The position numbers and the translations under genes were made by a program. Shown piece by piece: positions 62,957 to 64,000 of a DNA stretch of 64,000 nt. Each line of letters begins with the position of its first letter. The stretch's first letter is position 1. Origin of the DNA: Polynucleobacter sp. (GTDB lineage: Bacteria > Pseudomonadota > Gammaproteobacteria > Burkholderiales > Burkholderiaceae); the NCBI GenBank assembly GCA_044225315.1, contig JBGAIU010000009.1, positions 672 through 64,671 of the forward strand, read 5' to 3'. Below the pieces are notes generated by a model. The model searched no databases. It saw only the letters and a list, made by a program, of their open reading frames with translations, and was not told where the DNA came from.

Positions 62957-64000
62957 ATGTTGAGATTTCCAATCGATCTAGAAATTGGCTTGCGCTATAC
63001 CCGTTCCAAGCGCCGAAAGGCCGTTGGTAAGCGTGATGGCTTTCTTTCCTTTATTTCAGGGATTTCTACCGCTGGAATCGCATTAGGAGTCGCTTCCTTA
63101 ATTGTAGTTTTGTCGGTGATGAATGGCTTTCAGAAAGAAGTGCGCGATCGCATGCTATCCGTGCTTTCGCATGTGGAGATTACCGCCCCTGATGGCTTGG
63201 CAAATTGGGAGCCGCTTGCTCAAAAGCTTGATAAAGAGCCTCACGTAGTTGGGGTTGCCCCTATGGTGAGCTCGCAAGGGTTACTCACTCGCGATAACAT
63301 CATGCGTGGTGTCGCAATTCGTGGAATTGCTCCAAGCGAAGAAGGAAAGGTTTCCGATCTTCCAAAACAATTTATTGCTGGAAATATTAACGATCTTCAA
63401 CCCGGAACATTTGGTGTTGCATTAGGTGCGCAATTAGCATCTATCGTTGGCGCGCGGATTGGTGATCGAATTAATTTAATTGTTCCTGAAAGTGATTTAA
63501 CTCCTGCAGGTGCAATGCCAAGAATGCGTACTCTTCAGGTGGTGGGCATTGTGGATAGCGGCCATTATGAATACGACAGTTCTCTAGTGATCATGCATTG
63601 GAAGGATGCGGCTGCCTTATTACGTTTACGTGATCCATCTGGATTGCGTATCAAAGTGGATGATATGCAGCGTGCTCCTGAGGTGGCGGCGGAGCTTGCC
63701 GCGGTAGTCCCACAGGCCTTGTGGGTTACCGATTGGTCCCGATCAAACCGCAATTGGTTTGCAGCAGTGCAAACTGAAAAGAAGATGATGTTCATCATCC
63801 TGACGCTCATTATTGCCGTCGCTGCATTTAATTTGGTCTCTACTTTAGTAATGACGGTCAATGAGAAGCAGGCCGATATCGCAATCCTGAGAACCATGGG
63901 TGCGAGCCCAGGATTAATACAGAGAATATTTTTAGTTCAGGGATTGGCGATTGGTTTAATGGGGTCTTTGGCTGGCGTTGGGCTTGGTTTGTTAATTGCA
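62957..64000 (+). CDS. lolC: lipoprotein-releasing ABC transporter permease LolC/E (3' end outside window)
   Basis: MLRFPIDLEIGLRYTRSKRR...VLSVMNGFQKEVRDRML...EKKMMFIILTLIIAVAAFN...IAILRTMGA; absent from track because no stop lies in the window. Confidence 0.93.
   Translation, partial: MLRFPIDLEIGLRYTRSKRRKAVGKRDGFLSFISGISTAGIALGVASLIVVLSVMNGFQKEVRDRMLSVLSHVEITAPDGLANWEPLAQKLDKEPHVVGVAPMVSSQGLLTRDNIMRGVAIRGIAPSEEGKVSDLPKQFIAGNINDLQPGTFGVALGAQLASIVGARIGDRINLIVPESDLTPAGAMPRMRTLQVVGIVDSGHYEYDSSLVIMHWKDAAALLRLRDPSGLRIKVDDMQRAPEVAAELAAVVPQALWVTDWSRSNRNWFAAVQTEKKMMFIILTLIIAVAAFNLVSTLVMTVNEKQADIAILRTMGASPGLIQRIFLVQGLAIGLMGSLAGVGLGLLIA

Noticed and set aside
1465-63897. Numerous 60-115 aa track ORFs nested in or antisense to recognised genes (e.g. 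6448-6774, 9878-10186, 45653-45964, 55041-55346, 63565-63897)
   Set aside because: Shadow frames of real genes, with no recognisable motifs or RBS

Overview
Core chromosome of a Burkholderiaceae betaproteobacterium. Gene order and protein sequences suggest Polynucleobacter (inference, no search run). Left to right: end of the cbb3 oxidase operon (ccoO-Q-P-G plus accessory genes) with fnr; clpB; aceA; a decaying CoA-transferase/Bug-receptor/thiolase/OB-fold operon; phaZ-rnfB-nth; aspC; uvrB; iscRSUA-hscBA-fdx; DUF485-actP facing a DUF294 nucleotidyltransferase/exonuclease pair; a ~24.6 kb sulfur cluster (32786-57360); lysS-prfB-recJ; start of lolC/E. The sulfur cluster holds cysNDH, cysB-like, cysAWT-sbp, fpr, two ssuA with ssuCB, two tauD, an EAL-only gene, a second sbp and cysK. 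Most interesting element: an open-reading family 2A encapsulin operon (cysE-shell-cysteine desulfurase) whose cargo has a 53-aa tandem repeat in its N-terminal extension. The window also shows strong erosion: five in-frame stops each explainable by one C>T/G>A change, two frameshifts, a probable deletion scar where the sulfite reductase would sit, and substitutions at normally invariant residues. This fits a degenerating endosymbiont such as P. necessarius, but amplification or assembly error is not excluded. No rRNA, tRNA, CRISPR array or transposase was recognised.
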